Assembly: GCA_003559395.1 (NCBI GenBank)
Contig: PWLL01000066.1
Span: forward strand, 1 to 9,488
Direction: 5' to 3'
Source of the DNA: Candidatus Iainarchaeum sp.
GTDB lineage: Archaea; Iainarchaeota; Iainarchaeia; Iainarchaeales; CSSED10-239
DNA length: 9,488 nucleotides
Shown here: positions 1-6,965 of the stretch, one piece after another
Numbering within the stretch: position 1 is the stretch's first letter
How the letters are laid out: each line of letters starts with the position of its first letter
Position numbers and translations under genes: made by a program
The notes under the pieces: model-generated
Told to the model about the DNA's origin: nothing
Databases searched by the model: none
The model's input: only the letters and a program-made list of their open reading frames with translations

Positions 1-2514
1 GTGTGCTATTGTCTTTACGGAGATTTCCCTAACAGAGCAAACAGAAAAATAAATCTCTTAGAAGCCATAATGTTTAAACCAGTAAAAAAAGAAACAGCAA
101 AACTTATTTTAGAACTAGAAAAACAAAACAATCATTACAGAATAGAAAGAGAAATACAAAAAAACAAAATAAACACAGCCAAGCTATATAAAAACAATCA
201 ACTAATAGCAGGACCAAAACAAAAAGAAGTAACTCAAAAGGTTTCAGAGATATTAGGCTTAGACTATTCTTTATTTGTTACAATCGTTTACTCAGAACAA
301 AACGAACTAGACTATTTTTTAAAAATACCACCTAACAAAAGAAAAGAAAAATTTGATGAGCTTTTTGGAATCTCAGAATTGTCTTTTATAAAAGATAACG
401 CTAATGAAATTTCTAAAGAACTTATAAAAGACCAAAATACACAAGAAGCAATACTAAAACAAATTGTTTCACAGCTTTCTTCAATAGATATTAATAAACT
501 TAAAAAAGAACAACTAGAAGAACAGCAAAAAATACAAAAACTTTTAGAAGAAAAAGAAAAACAAAGCTTTCAGAAAACAACACTTTTTGAAACTTTAAAA
601 CAATTAAAAGAAAAAAAACAAAAACATGAACACTATGGCGCAGAAATAAACATTTGTGAGTTTAAGATAGAAGAAATAAAAAAAGATCTTAAAAAACTAG
701 AAGAAAAACATAATGACTATTTTTTAAAAAAAGCACAAGAACTTCTAGACGAAAAACAAAACACACAAACTAAAAAAAAAAAACTAAAAGAACTTTTAGA
801 AGAAAAACAAAAACTCTCTTTAAAGATAAATAGTTTTAATAAAAATATAGAATATATAGAAAAACAAATACAAGAAAAAGAAACACAAGAAACACCAAAA
901 GAAATTTCTGAAAAAATAGAAGTTTTAGAAAAAGAAATATCTTTACAAACTAAACAACTAGAACAAAAACAAGAAGAAAATAAAAAAAAAGAACTAGAAC
1001 AGAAAAATCTAGAAAATACACATAAATTTTATGTTTCTGAAAAAGAAAAACAAGACCAAAAGATAACCCTTCTAGAACAAAAAAAACATAAAATAACACT
1101 TGCAGAAACACAACTAAAAAAAGAACTAGAACTCTTAAAAGAAGAACATAAACAACAACAAGAAAAACAAATTAATCTAAAAACACAAAACAAAGATCTA
1201 GAAAAAGCAATAAACGCACTAGAAAAAGATATTTTTAAATGCCCTGTGTGTGATTCTTCTTTATCTCAAGAAGAAAGAAGAAAGAAACTAGAAGAAAAAC
1301 AAGAAAAATTAGCTTTAAACATAAAAGAATTAGAACAAACAAATGATCTTTTAAAAGAAATTTTAGAAAAACAAAAAAAAACAGAAATACAAGAAAAAAA
1401 TTTAGAAGAAAATAAACTTCTAGAAAAACAAATACAAGAACATGACGAACAAAAACAAATATATTTAGAAAAAATAAATCACCTAGAAAAAGAATTACTA
1501 AAAAAAACACCAATAATAGATATAAAACAAGAAAAACAAAAACTAGAAGATGCAAAAAAAAACTTAGATGTTTTTTATAAACAAAAACAAACTTATGAAA
1601 ATATTTTAAAACTTAAAAAAGATCTAAAACAAATCTTTTCAGAAAAAAAAGATTTAGAGAAAATGTTTGAAGATATAAAGATAACAGATAAAGATCTTGA
1701 AGAAATAGAACAAATAGAAAAACAAATAACTCTTGCAGAAGAACATCTTTATAAAAAAAAAGAACAACAAGAATATTTAGAAAAATATAATCTATACAAA
1801 CACGAAAAAGAAAAAATAAACTATAAAGAAGAAGAATATTTAAAAATTAGCTCAGAAGAAAGAAATTTAGAAAATAATCTTAAAAATCTAGAAGAAAAAA
1901 CAAATCTTTTTTCTAAAAACATAAAAGATAGACAAGAAAGAATAGATCACTACAACAAACAAAAAGAAGAAGAACAAATAAAAAAACAAGTCTATGATAA
2001 AATATTATTAAGAAAAAAAAGTGTTTCTGATTTTATGGTATCTATAGAACATACAAAAGAACAACTAAGAAAAGAAATTATCTCAGAAATAAATCAAGCT
2101 TTAGATATTATATGGCCAAAAGTATATCCATATAAAGACTATCTTTCAGCAAGACTTTCTTCAAAAAATGACTATATCTTAGAAGTTTTGACAACAGAAA
2201 AAGAATGGTTGAGAGTTGAAGGTTTTTTAAGTGGTGGAGAAAGAGCTTGTGCTGCATTAAGTATAAGGATTGCTATTGCTTTGATTTTAACAAAATCATT
2301 AGGGTTGTTGATATTAGACGAACCCACTCACAATTTAGATGTAGAAACAATTACTGCACTTTCTCAAGTTTTAGATAATCAATTACCTTCTTTAGTAGAC
2401 CAAATATTTGTAATCACTCATGATCAAAAGCTATTAGACATAACAACTTCTAAAAAGTTTTTATTAGACAGAGATAAAGAAATTGATGGTGTTTCTTCTG
2501 TTGTAGAATATTAG
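1..2514 (+). CDS. rad50: DNA double-strand-break repair ATPase Rad50 (SMC-like). The 5' end is cut by the window edge, so roughly the first 40 codons including Walker A are missing.
   Basis: Frame 1 is open from base 1, and the GTG at base 1 is not a start. The N-terminus '..CYCLYG' matches the segment just after the Rad50 P-loop, and 'YSEQNELDYF' is Q-loop-like. A K/E/Q-rich coiled coil of about 600 aa follows. The central zinc hook CPVC is at nt 1240-1251. The ABC signature LSGGE is at nt 2227-2241. Walker B is 'LLILDEPTHNLD' (nt 2305-2340) and the H-loop is 'VITHD'. The stop TAG is at 2512-2514. Confidence 0.9.
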   Translation: MCYCLYGDFPNRANRKINLLEAIMFKPVKKETAKLILELEKQNNHYRIEREIQKNKINTAKLYKNNQLIAGPKQKEVTQKVSEILGLDYSLFVTIVYSEQNELDYFLKIPPNKRKEKFDELFGISELSFIKDNANEISKELIKDQNTQEAILKQIVSQLSSIDINKLKKEQLEEQQKIQKLLEEKEKQSFQKTTLFETLKQLKEKKQKHEHYGAEINICEFKIEEIKKDLKKLEEKHNDYFLKKAQELLDEKQNTQTKKKKLKELLEEKQKLSLKINSFNKNIEYIEKQIQEKETQETPKEISEKIEVLEKEISLQTKQLEQKQEENKKKELEQKNLENTHKFYVSEKEKQDQKITLLEQKKHKITLAETQLKKELELLKEEHKQQQEKQINLKTQNKDLEKAINALEKDIFKCPVCDSSLSQEERRKKLEEKQEKLALNIKELEQTNDLLKEILEKQKKTEIQEKNLEENKLLEKQIQEHDEQKQIYLEKINHLEKELLKKTPIIDIKQEKQKLEDAKKNLDVFYKQKQTYENILKLKKDLKQIFSEKKDLEKMFEDIKITDKDLEEIEQIEKQITLAEEHLYKKKEQQEYLEKYNLYKHEKEKINYKEEEYLKISSEERNLENNLKNLEEKTNLFSKNIKDRQERIDHYNKQKEEEQIKKQVYDKILLRKKSVSDFMVSIEHTKEQLRKEIISEINQALDIIWPKVYPYKDYLSARLSSKNDYILEVLTTEKEWLRVEGFLSGGERACAALSIRIAIALILTKSLGLLILDEPTHNLDVETITALSQVLDNQLPSLVDQIFVITHDQKLLDITTSKKFLLDRDKEIDGVSSVVEY
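2493..2514. repeat. Left copy of a perfect 22-bp direct repeat, TTCTTCTGTTGTAGAATATTAG. It covers the last codons SSVVEY plus the stop of rad50.
   Basis: Base-by-base identity with 3265-3286. The repeat ends exactly on the last base of the rad50 stop codon. Confidence 0.95.
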
Positions 2515-2516
2515 TA

Positions 2517-2521
2517 TTTTT
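2517..2521 (+). terminator. Oligo-T tract (T5) 2 nt after the rad50 stop, a possible archaeal intrinsic terminator.
   Basis: 'TAG ta TTTTT' in a 21-nt convergent spacer before the minus-strand toxin stop. T5 tracts are common in DNA this AT-rich, so support is weak. Confidence 0.25.
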
Positions 2522-2535
2522 AAGAAGTTGTTAAA

Positions 2536-2925
2536 TTAATTATCTCTTTTGTGTTTAATACTTTTATTTTGGTTTTTTAAGGCTTTATCATTTGACCAGA
2601 TGTGTGTATTAGTTCTTAGCGCTAATGCAAAATAGCAAACATCATTTTCATCAGGACAAATTTCTTTTGCTTGTTTTAAATATTTTTGATAGTTTTTTAA
2701 TGGAATCATTTCTATATGTTTAAATAAAATTGTAATTAGTATTTCTATTTCTTCTAAAGACAGTCCTGATTTTTTACAAATTTCTTTTTTGTATTTATTT
2801 ATTTCTAACAATAAAAAATCTGGGGTTATAAGTAAAAATTTATTATTAATAATTATTTTGGCTGTGTTATTTTTTTGTTTGATTAGTGCAGATATAATAA
2901 TATTTGCATCTATTATAAACTTCAT
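2536..2925 (-). CDS. vapC: PIN-domain ribonuclease toxin (VapC-type), 129 aa.
   Basis: The N-terminal 'KFIIDANIIISAL' carries the first PIN acidic residue. 'PDENDVCYFALAL' and 'IWSNDKAL' supply the distal acidic residues. Its ATG overlaps the upstream antitoxin stop in an ATGA arrangement at 2922-2925. The size is typical of VapC. Confidence 0.8.
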   Translation of the reverse strand: MKFIIDANIIISALIKQKNNTAKIIINNKFLLITPDFLLLEINKYKKEICKKSGLSLEEIEILITILFKHIEMIPLKNYQKYLKQAKEICPDENDVCYFALALRTNTHIWSNDKALKNQNKSIKHKRDN

Positions 2926-3152
2926 AAACTTTCTTGTTTAGTTTTTTTAGTTATTCCTTTATTAATCTTTTTAGAAATTTCTATTGCATCTTTTTCTGTT
3001 AGTTTTGATTTTTTTATAATTGAATTAAATAATTTTAATTCGTACATTTTTTCTGTGATTGCTTTTCTTGCAATTTCTGACCAGTTTATTTCTTTATGTT
3101 CTTTCATTTCTTCTTTAATATCTTGAGATATAGATAAAGTTATTGTTGGCAT
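2922..3152 (-). CDS. vapB: Ribbon-helix-helix-type antitoxin (VapB-like), 76 aa.
   Basis: 'TITLSISQDIKEEMKE..INWSEIARKAITEKM' fits the beta-strand plus two helices of an RHH DNA-binding fold. It lies upstream of the PIN gene and overlaps it by 4 nt. A GGTGA SD (3157-3161, minus strand) sits 4 nt upstream of the ATG. Confidence 0.7.
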   Translation of the reverse strand: MPTITLSISQDIKEEMKEHKEINWSEIARKAITEKMYELKLFNSIIKKSKLTEKDAIEISKKINKGITKKTKQESL

Positions 3153-3176
3153 TTTATCACCTTTTTTTTATTGTTT

Positions 3177-3250
3177 ATAATATATTTAATACACTTAATA
3201 TATTTATCACGCATAATATATTTAATACGCGTAAAATATATAAATGTATC
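3177..3250 (-). promoter_or_regulatory. Array of 3-4 imperfect direct repeats with a period of about 17-19 bp (core TAATATATTTA). It is a putative vapBC promoter/operator region.
   Basis: ATAATATATTTAATAC is exact at 3177-3192 and at 3213-3228. A third core copy is at 3197-3207 and a degenerate fourth is near 3232-3250. The array lies 25-100 nt upstream of the antitoxin start, and the middle copy overlaps TATA-like sequence on the minus strand. Confidence 0.4.
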
Positions 3251-3264
3251 TATAACATAGATTA

Positions 3265-3286
3265 TTCTTCTGTTGTAGAATATTAG
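3265..3286. repeat. Right copy of the perfect 22-bp direct repeat, TTCTTCTGTTGTAGAATATTAG.
   Basis: Identical to 2493-2514. The flanks are unrelated, and there is no rad50-like reading frame upstream of this copy. Confidence 0.95.
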
Positions 3287-3563
3287 ACTTATATTAAGTT
3301 TAAAAGATATAAAGGCAATACATGATCCTTTTCTTTAGAACACTGTTTTTTAAAAATAAAGATATATTTATATATTGTTTAAAATTTTGACTTAAATGTC
3401 CCTTTTTTAGTCATTTTTTTGCACAAAACCTCTTTTTCTTTTTCTTTTAATTGCCTTTTTAAGTGTTTTCTTAAGTTTTTTGTTGTAATTGCTAATCACA
3501 ACTTTTGCTTGTTTTTTTAAAAAACCAAACCAAATTAAAAGGTTATTGTACAATATATTATAT

Positions 3564-4808
3564 ATGACCCCTTTTGATCAAAATACAATCAGAAACATAT
3601 ACTATACAAAGAACCTTATTAAAGACTATTACAAAGCAAAAGACGTTTCTACAGCAATAGATATTTCAAAAAGAGAATTTGGAATAGGAACATATGGTAA
3701 AAAAATAAGCCAAAGACATCTTACTTTTGAAAATAAAGACCAATTTAATGATTATTTAAGAAAACAAACCCCTTTCTTTGTTTCATACTCAGTAGCCTAT
3801 TATAAATTTCCAGAAAAAAGACCAATGGAAAATAAAGAAATATATGGCTCAGATCTTATATATGAGTTTGATTCAGATGACTTTGATCTTCCTTGTCATA
3901 ACACGCATAATATCTGGCATTGTAAAGAATGTAACCTCTCAGGCGTAGGTAATAACAAAACCTGCCCAGAATGTGAAAAACCAACCAAGATAGACGAATG
4001 GACTTGTGATCACTGCCTTAACAAAGCTAAAAAAGAAACAATAAGACTTGTTGATTTTCTAGAAAATGAACTTAATCTTGATCCAAATTCTTTTGTGATT
4101 AGTTTTTCAGGATCAAAAGGATATCATATACGAGTAACAGACAAAAATGTTCTTCCATTATCTAAATCAGCAAAAATACAACTTACATCATATGTTTCTG
4201 CAGAAGATCTTAAGCTTAAAGAGCTTGGGTTTGTATACGAAAACAAACAATGGTATTGCTCATCTCCAAAACAAGCCTATGGTTGGGCAAAAAAGATACT
4301 TTCTTATATTCAAGAGATCATTAATAGTTATACAACAGAACAATTACAAGAAACCTTCAATATAGGAAAAAAGAAAGCAAGGGTTATTTTTGAAAATAAA
4401 GAAGTTATTTTAAACAATTTGTACCATAATTTCTTATGGAGTCAATTTGTTGGGGCTTCTAATTTTTGGAAAGCTTTTTTAGAAAAAGCAATAAGTGATT
4501 TAAGATTTGAAATTGATGTACAATCATCTGTTGATGTTTATAAGATAATGAGAGTGCCAGATACGATTCATGGTGGTACTGGATTTTTGTCTACGTACAT
4601 AAAAACAATAGAAGAACTAAAAGAATATGATCCTTTTAAAGATCCTGTTGTTTTAGGAGAAAAAAAATATAAAAAAATAAAAATAATAAAACAAACTCCA
4701 AAATTTAGAATAAAAGAAGAAACGTACGGGCCATATATGCCCAATGAAGAAATAGAACTTTTAGAAGACGTTTGTGTTTTTTTAATATTAAAAGGTGTTG
4801 CAATATGA
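3564..4808 (+). CDS. priS: DNA primase small (catalytic) subunit PriS of the archaeo-eukaryotic primase family, 414 aa.
   Basis: Catalytic motif I is 'DLIYEFDSDD' (Asp codons at 3870-3881). Motif II is 'SGSKGYHIRV'. Motif III is 'YKIMRVPDTIHGGTGF'. A Cys/His zinc module 'CHNTHNIWHCKEC..CPEC..CDHC' lies between motifs I and II. I prefer the ATG at 3564 over the track's TTG at 3489, because the 25-aa extension is hydrophobic junk. The TGA stop overlaps the next ATG (ATGA at 4805-4808). Confidence 0.9.
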   Translation: MTPFDQNTIRNIYYTKNLIKDYYKAKDVSTAIDISKREFGIGTYGKKISQRHLTFENKDQFNDYLRKQTPFFVSYSVAYYKFPEKRPMENKEIYGSDLIYEFDSDDFDLPCHNTHNIWHCKECNLSGVGNNKTCPECEKPTKIDEWTCDHCLNKAKKETIRLVDFLENELNLDPNSFVISFSGSKGYHIRVTDKNVLPLSKSAKIQLTSYVSAEDLKLKELGFVYENKQWYCSSPKQAYGWAKKILSYIQEIINSYTTEQLQETFNIGKKKARVIFENKEVILNNLYHNFLWSQFVGASNFWKAFLEKAISDLRFEIDVQSSVDVYKIMRVPDTIHGGTGFLSTYIKTIEELKEYDPFKDPVVLGEKKYKKIKIIKQTPKFRIKEETYGPYMPNEEIELLEDVCVFLILKGVAI

Positions 4809-5365
4809 GTGAGAATTACGAACTTGATTTTGATGAACTAAGAAAAATATACAGACATGAGAAAAACTCAGCAAGATTGTATAATCTAGATCCAGAGTTT
4901 TATAAAGCACTTAAAAAATTTATAACCCAAGAAAAGAAAAAATATCTAGAAGCACTAGAAACAATGTCGCAAGTAGATCTTAAAAAATTTGAGAACTTAA
5001 AAAAAATGGTTATGAAAGTAAGAGAGCTTAGACTTAAAAAATGTTTAAACCTTTGTTTAATTTATGGAAGAACTAACGAAGTAAAAGAAGAATACCTTAT
5101 AGACTTTGAAACAGATTTTGTAAACGGAGTTTTAAAACTTATGGAAAAACAAGTTGAATATACAAATAACTTGTTTGGTATAAAGAAAAAGAAAAAAGAT
5201 GTAGCATCTAATCTTATTAAAACAAAAGTTCTTCAAAGTATTCCAGCTTTTATTGGAACAGATATGAAAGAATATGGACCTTTTGAAGAAAACGATGTTT
5301 GTGAGATTCCAGAAGAAGTATACAATATACTTGTAAGTAAAAATATAGTTGAAGAAATAGAATGA
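4805..5365 (+). CDS. gins51: GINS complex subunit Gins51 (also called Gins15), 186 aa.
   Basis: The N-terminal helical A-domain contains 'RHEKNSARLYNLDPEFYKALKKFI', matching the GINS 'E+..+.L..lp.dFY' pattern. The C-terminal B-domain is 'IPAFIGTDMKEYGPFEENDVCEIPEEVYNILVSKNIVEEI'. The position immediately downstream of priS matches the known archaeal priS-gins15 linkage. The start ATG at 4805 is coupled to the priS stop, and a GGTG lies at 4794-4797. Confidence 0.72.
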   Translation: MSENYELDFDELRKIYRHEKNSARLYNLDPEFYKALKKFITQEKKKYLEALETMSQVDLKKFENLKKMVMKVRELRLKKCLNLCLIYGRTNEVKEEYLIDFETDFVNGVLKLMEKQVEYTNNLFGIKKKKKDVASNLIKTKVLQSIPAFIGTDMKEYGPFEENDVCEIPEEVYNILVSKNIVEEIE

Positions 5366-5378
5366 TTGGTGATAAAAC

Positions 5379-6143
5379 ATGGTAGAATATCCAAAAGCAA
5401 ATGAAATAATAATATGTAAAGTTAAAAAAATAACAAACTATGGAGTTTTTGTAGAACTTATAGAATATGATAATGTTGAAGGATTTATTCATATTTCGCA
5501 AGTATCTTCAACATGGATCAAAAATATTCATAACCATGTTAAACAAAACCAAATAAGAGCAGCAAGAGTGTTATCAATAAATACACAAAAAAACCAAATT
5601 GATTTGTCCTTTAATAGAATCTCATCAGCAGATGAAAAAAGAAAAATATCTGAATTTCGTTTGTTTAAAAGAGCACAAAGTGTGTTAGCAAGTGTGGCTA
5701 AACAAATGAATCTAGAATACGATGATGTTTGGGAAAAAATTGCTGAACCTTTATTAGATAAAGAAAATGATCTTTATACAGGGTTTGTTAATCTTTTAAA
5801 ATACGGACCTGAAAAATATCCAACAATAGATAAAAAAATATTGCCAAGTGTTATAGAGATTCTTGAAAAAAACATAACTATTAAAGACAAAATTGTATCA
5901 GGTGTTGTAAAGATTACTTGTTTTAAAGAAGATGGTGTGAAAACAATAAGAGAAAACGCAACAAACATTCTAAAAAAACACGAAAAAGCAAATATGATAT
6001 ATGTTGGGCCTGGAAAATATAGTTTGAAAGTTTCTGGAATTGATTATAAAACCACTTCTAAAGAATTTAATGAAATTACAAAAGACTTAGAAAAAAATCT
6101 AAAAGAATGTGAAATAAGCGTAATAGAAGATGAGAAAAAATAA
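5379..6143 (+). CDS. eif2a: Translation initiation factor aIF2 alpha subunit, 254 aa.
   Basis: The N-terminal S1/OB domain reads 'YPKANEIIICKVKKITNYGVFVELIEYDNVEGFIHISQVSSTWIKNIHNHVKQNQIRAARVLSINTQKNQIDLSFNRIS', close to the aIF2alpha/eIF2alpha consensus. A helical domain and an alpha-beta C-terminal domain of the right length follow. GGTGA is at 5368-5372, 6 nt before the ATG. Confidence 0.9.
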   Translation: MVEYPKANEIIICKVKKITNYGVFVELIEYDNVEGFIHISQVSSTWIKNIHNHVKQNQIRAARVLSINTQKNQIDLSFNRISSADEKRKISEFRLFKRAQSVLASVAKQMNLEYDDVWEKIAEPLLDKENDLYTGFVNLLKYGPEKYPTIDKKILPSVIEILEKNITIKDKIVSGVVKITCFKEDGVKTIRENATNILKKHEKANMIYVGPGKYSLKVSGIDYKTTSKEFNEITKDLEKNLKECEISVIEDEKK

Positions 6144-6158
6144 ATGAATGGTGAAAAA

Positions 6159-6953
6159 ATGACTACAAAAATAAAAACAATAAAATCTCAAAAATTAAAA
6201 GACCCTGTCTTGTTTGTAGGCTTGCCTGGAATTGGACTTGTTGGTAAAATTGCAATAGATTATCTTTTAAATGAGATGAAATCTAAAACAAAACTTTATG
6301 CAAAAGTGATCTCTGATTCTTTTCCACCTGCAGTGCATACTAAAAACGGAGTGTTAGATTTAATTTCTGATGAAATTTATTTGTATAGATCCAAGAAAAG
6401 AGACTATCTTTTTTTAGTAGGACCAGTACAACCAAGCTTGATGATGCCAATAAACGCAAAACAACACTATGAGTTTTCAGAAACTATTGCATCTTTTGTA
6501 AAAAAACAAGGAGTAAAAGAAATATACACTTTTGCAGGAATAAATGTTGGAGAAAAAAGACTCAAAACAAATCCGTCAGTTATAGGAGTTGCAAGTGATA
6601 AAAAAACTAAAGATAAAATAAAAAAGAAAAAAATAAATAATCTTGTTTTTGATAAATCAGATAGAGATGCTTTAATATCAGGTGTTGCAGGACTTTTGAT
6701 TGGTGTTGGTTATGACACTTATAAAATCCCTGGTTGTTGTTTTATGGGAGAAACTGATCAAAAATTAGTTTTAGGAGATCAAGGTTCTGCAAAAAACATC
6801 TTACAAGTCATTTCTAAACTTGTAGATTTTAAGTTTGATCTTAAGAAAATAGATAAAGAAGCTAAAAAAATAGAACATTCTTTTTCAGAAATGTCTAACA
6901 AAATAAAAGATATAGAACAAAAAAAAGAAACACCAGTAAGATATATAAGATAA
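6159..6953 (+). CDS. PAC2-family protein (archaeal proteasome assembly chaperone, PbaA/PbaB-like), 264 aa from the preferred start.
   Basis: 'LKDPVLFVGLPGIGLVGKIAIDYLLNEM..AKVISDSFPPAVH..NGVLDL..DEIYLY' matches the PAC2 N-terminal core (GxPGxGxVG). The ATG at 6159 has GGTGA (6150-6154) 4 nt upstream. The alternative ATG at 6144 abuts the aIF2alpha stop and has no SD. The C-terminal tail '..PVRYIR' is HbYX-like but out of register. Confidence 0.75.
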   Translation: MTTKIKTIKSQKLKDPVLFVGLPGIGLVGKIAIDYLLNEMKSKTKLYAKVISDSFPPAVHTKNGVLDLISDEIYLYRSKKRDYLFLVGPVQPSLMMPINAKQHYEFSETIASFVKKQGVKEIYTFAGINVGEKRLKTNPSVIGVASDKKTKDKIKKKKINNLVFDKSDRDALISGVAGLLIGVGYDTYKIPGCCFMGETDQKLVLGDQGSAKNILQVISKLVDFKFDLKKIDKEAKKIEHSFSEMSNKIKDIEQKKETPVRYIR

Positions 6954-6965
6954 AAAGGTGAGACC

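Larger units (their letters stand above)
2493..3286. mobile_element. Putative inserted toxin-antitoxin cassette, about 750 bp of unique DNA, bounded by 22-bp direct repeats. No recombinase is present.
   Basis: The only minus-strand genes in the window lie exactly between the two repeat copies. The cassette carries its own promoter/iteron region. Sequence identity does not extend beyond the 22 bp on either side. Confidence 0.45.

Noticed and set aside
1-3. The GTG at base 1, considered as the rad50 start codon.
   Set aside because: The encoded sequence begins just after where the Rad50 Walker A (GxxGxGKS) should be, so the gene clearly continues upstream of the window.
772-783. An A12 homopolymer (KKKK) within rad50, plus A9 runs at 982-990 and 1373-1381, considered as possible slippage or phase-variation sites.
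   Set aside because: The reading frame is intact through all of them. Poly-Lys AAA runs are the expected outcome of K-rich coiled coils in an AT-rich genome. A single sequence gives no evidence of length variation.
1235-1555. A 106-aa minus-strand ORF antisense to the rad50 coiled-coil region.
   Set aside because: Its translation is low-complexity F/L/V-rich, the mirror image of the AAA/GAA-rich sense strand. It lies entirely inside a well-supported CDS, has no SD box, and is a typical antisense artefact of AT-rich DNA.
400-2000. Highly repetitive-looking DNA (GAAAAA/CAAAAA/TAGAA periodicity), considered as a possible tandem repeat or CRISPR-like array.
   Set aside because: It encodes the continuous K/E/Q-rich heptad coiled coil of Rad50 around a central zinc hook. 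No exact repeat units or spacer-repeat organisation are present.
3379-3414. An 11-codon minus-strand mini-ORF (MTKKGTFKSKF) with a GAGGT about 13 nt upstream, in the rad50-priS spacer.
   Set aside because: It is too short to evaluate, its SD spacing does not match the 4-6 nt rule seen elsewhere, and such ORFs are expected by chance.
3489-3563. The TTG-initiated 25-codon N-terminal extension of priS in the ORF track.
   Set aside because: The extension (MLITTFACFFKKPNQIKRLLYNILY) does not resemble a PriS N-terminus, and no SD precedes the TTG. 'MTPFDQNTIRNIYY' from the ATG at 3564 is a plausible PriS start.
3153-3563. The intergenic regions here, and also 9278-9435, were examined for tRNA, C/D-box sRNA or other structured RNA genes.
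   Set aside because: There are no GC-rich stems, no tRNA-like cloverleaf segments and no RUGAUGA...CUGA box pairs. The composition is almost pure A/T. A covariance-model scan is still needed to be sure.
4147-4365. A 72-aa + strand ORF in an alternative frame inside priS.
   Set aside because: It is nested within the helical insertion of a confidently identified PriS. It has no SD and no recognisable motifs, so it is probably a chance open frame.
5132-5501. Two overlapping minus-strand ORFs (82 and 83 aa) across the gins51/aIF2alpha junction.
   Set aside because: They are hydrophobic, low-complexity antisense translations. They overlap two well-supported sense genes and have no start context.
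5774-5968. A 64-aa minus-strand ORF inside aIF2alpha.
   Set aside because: It is antisense to a high-confidence CDS, with no SD or motif support.
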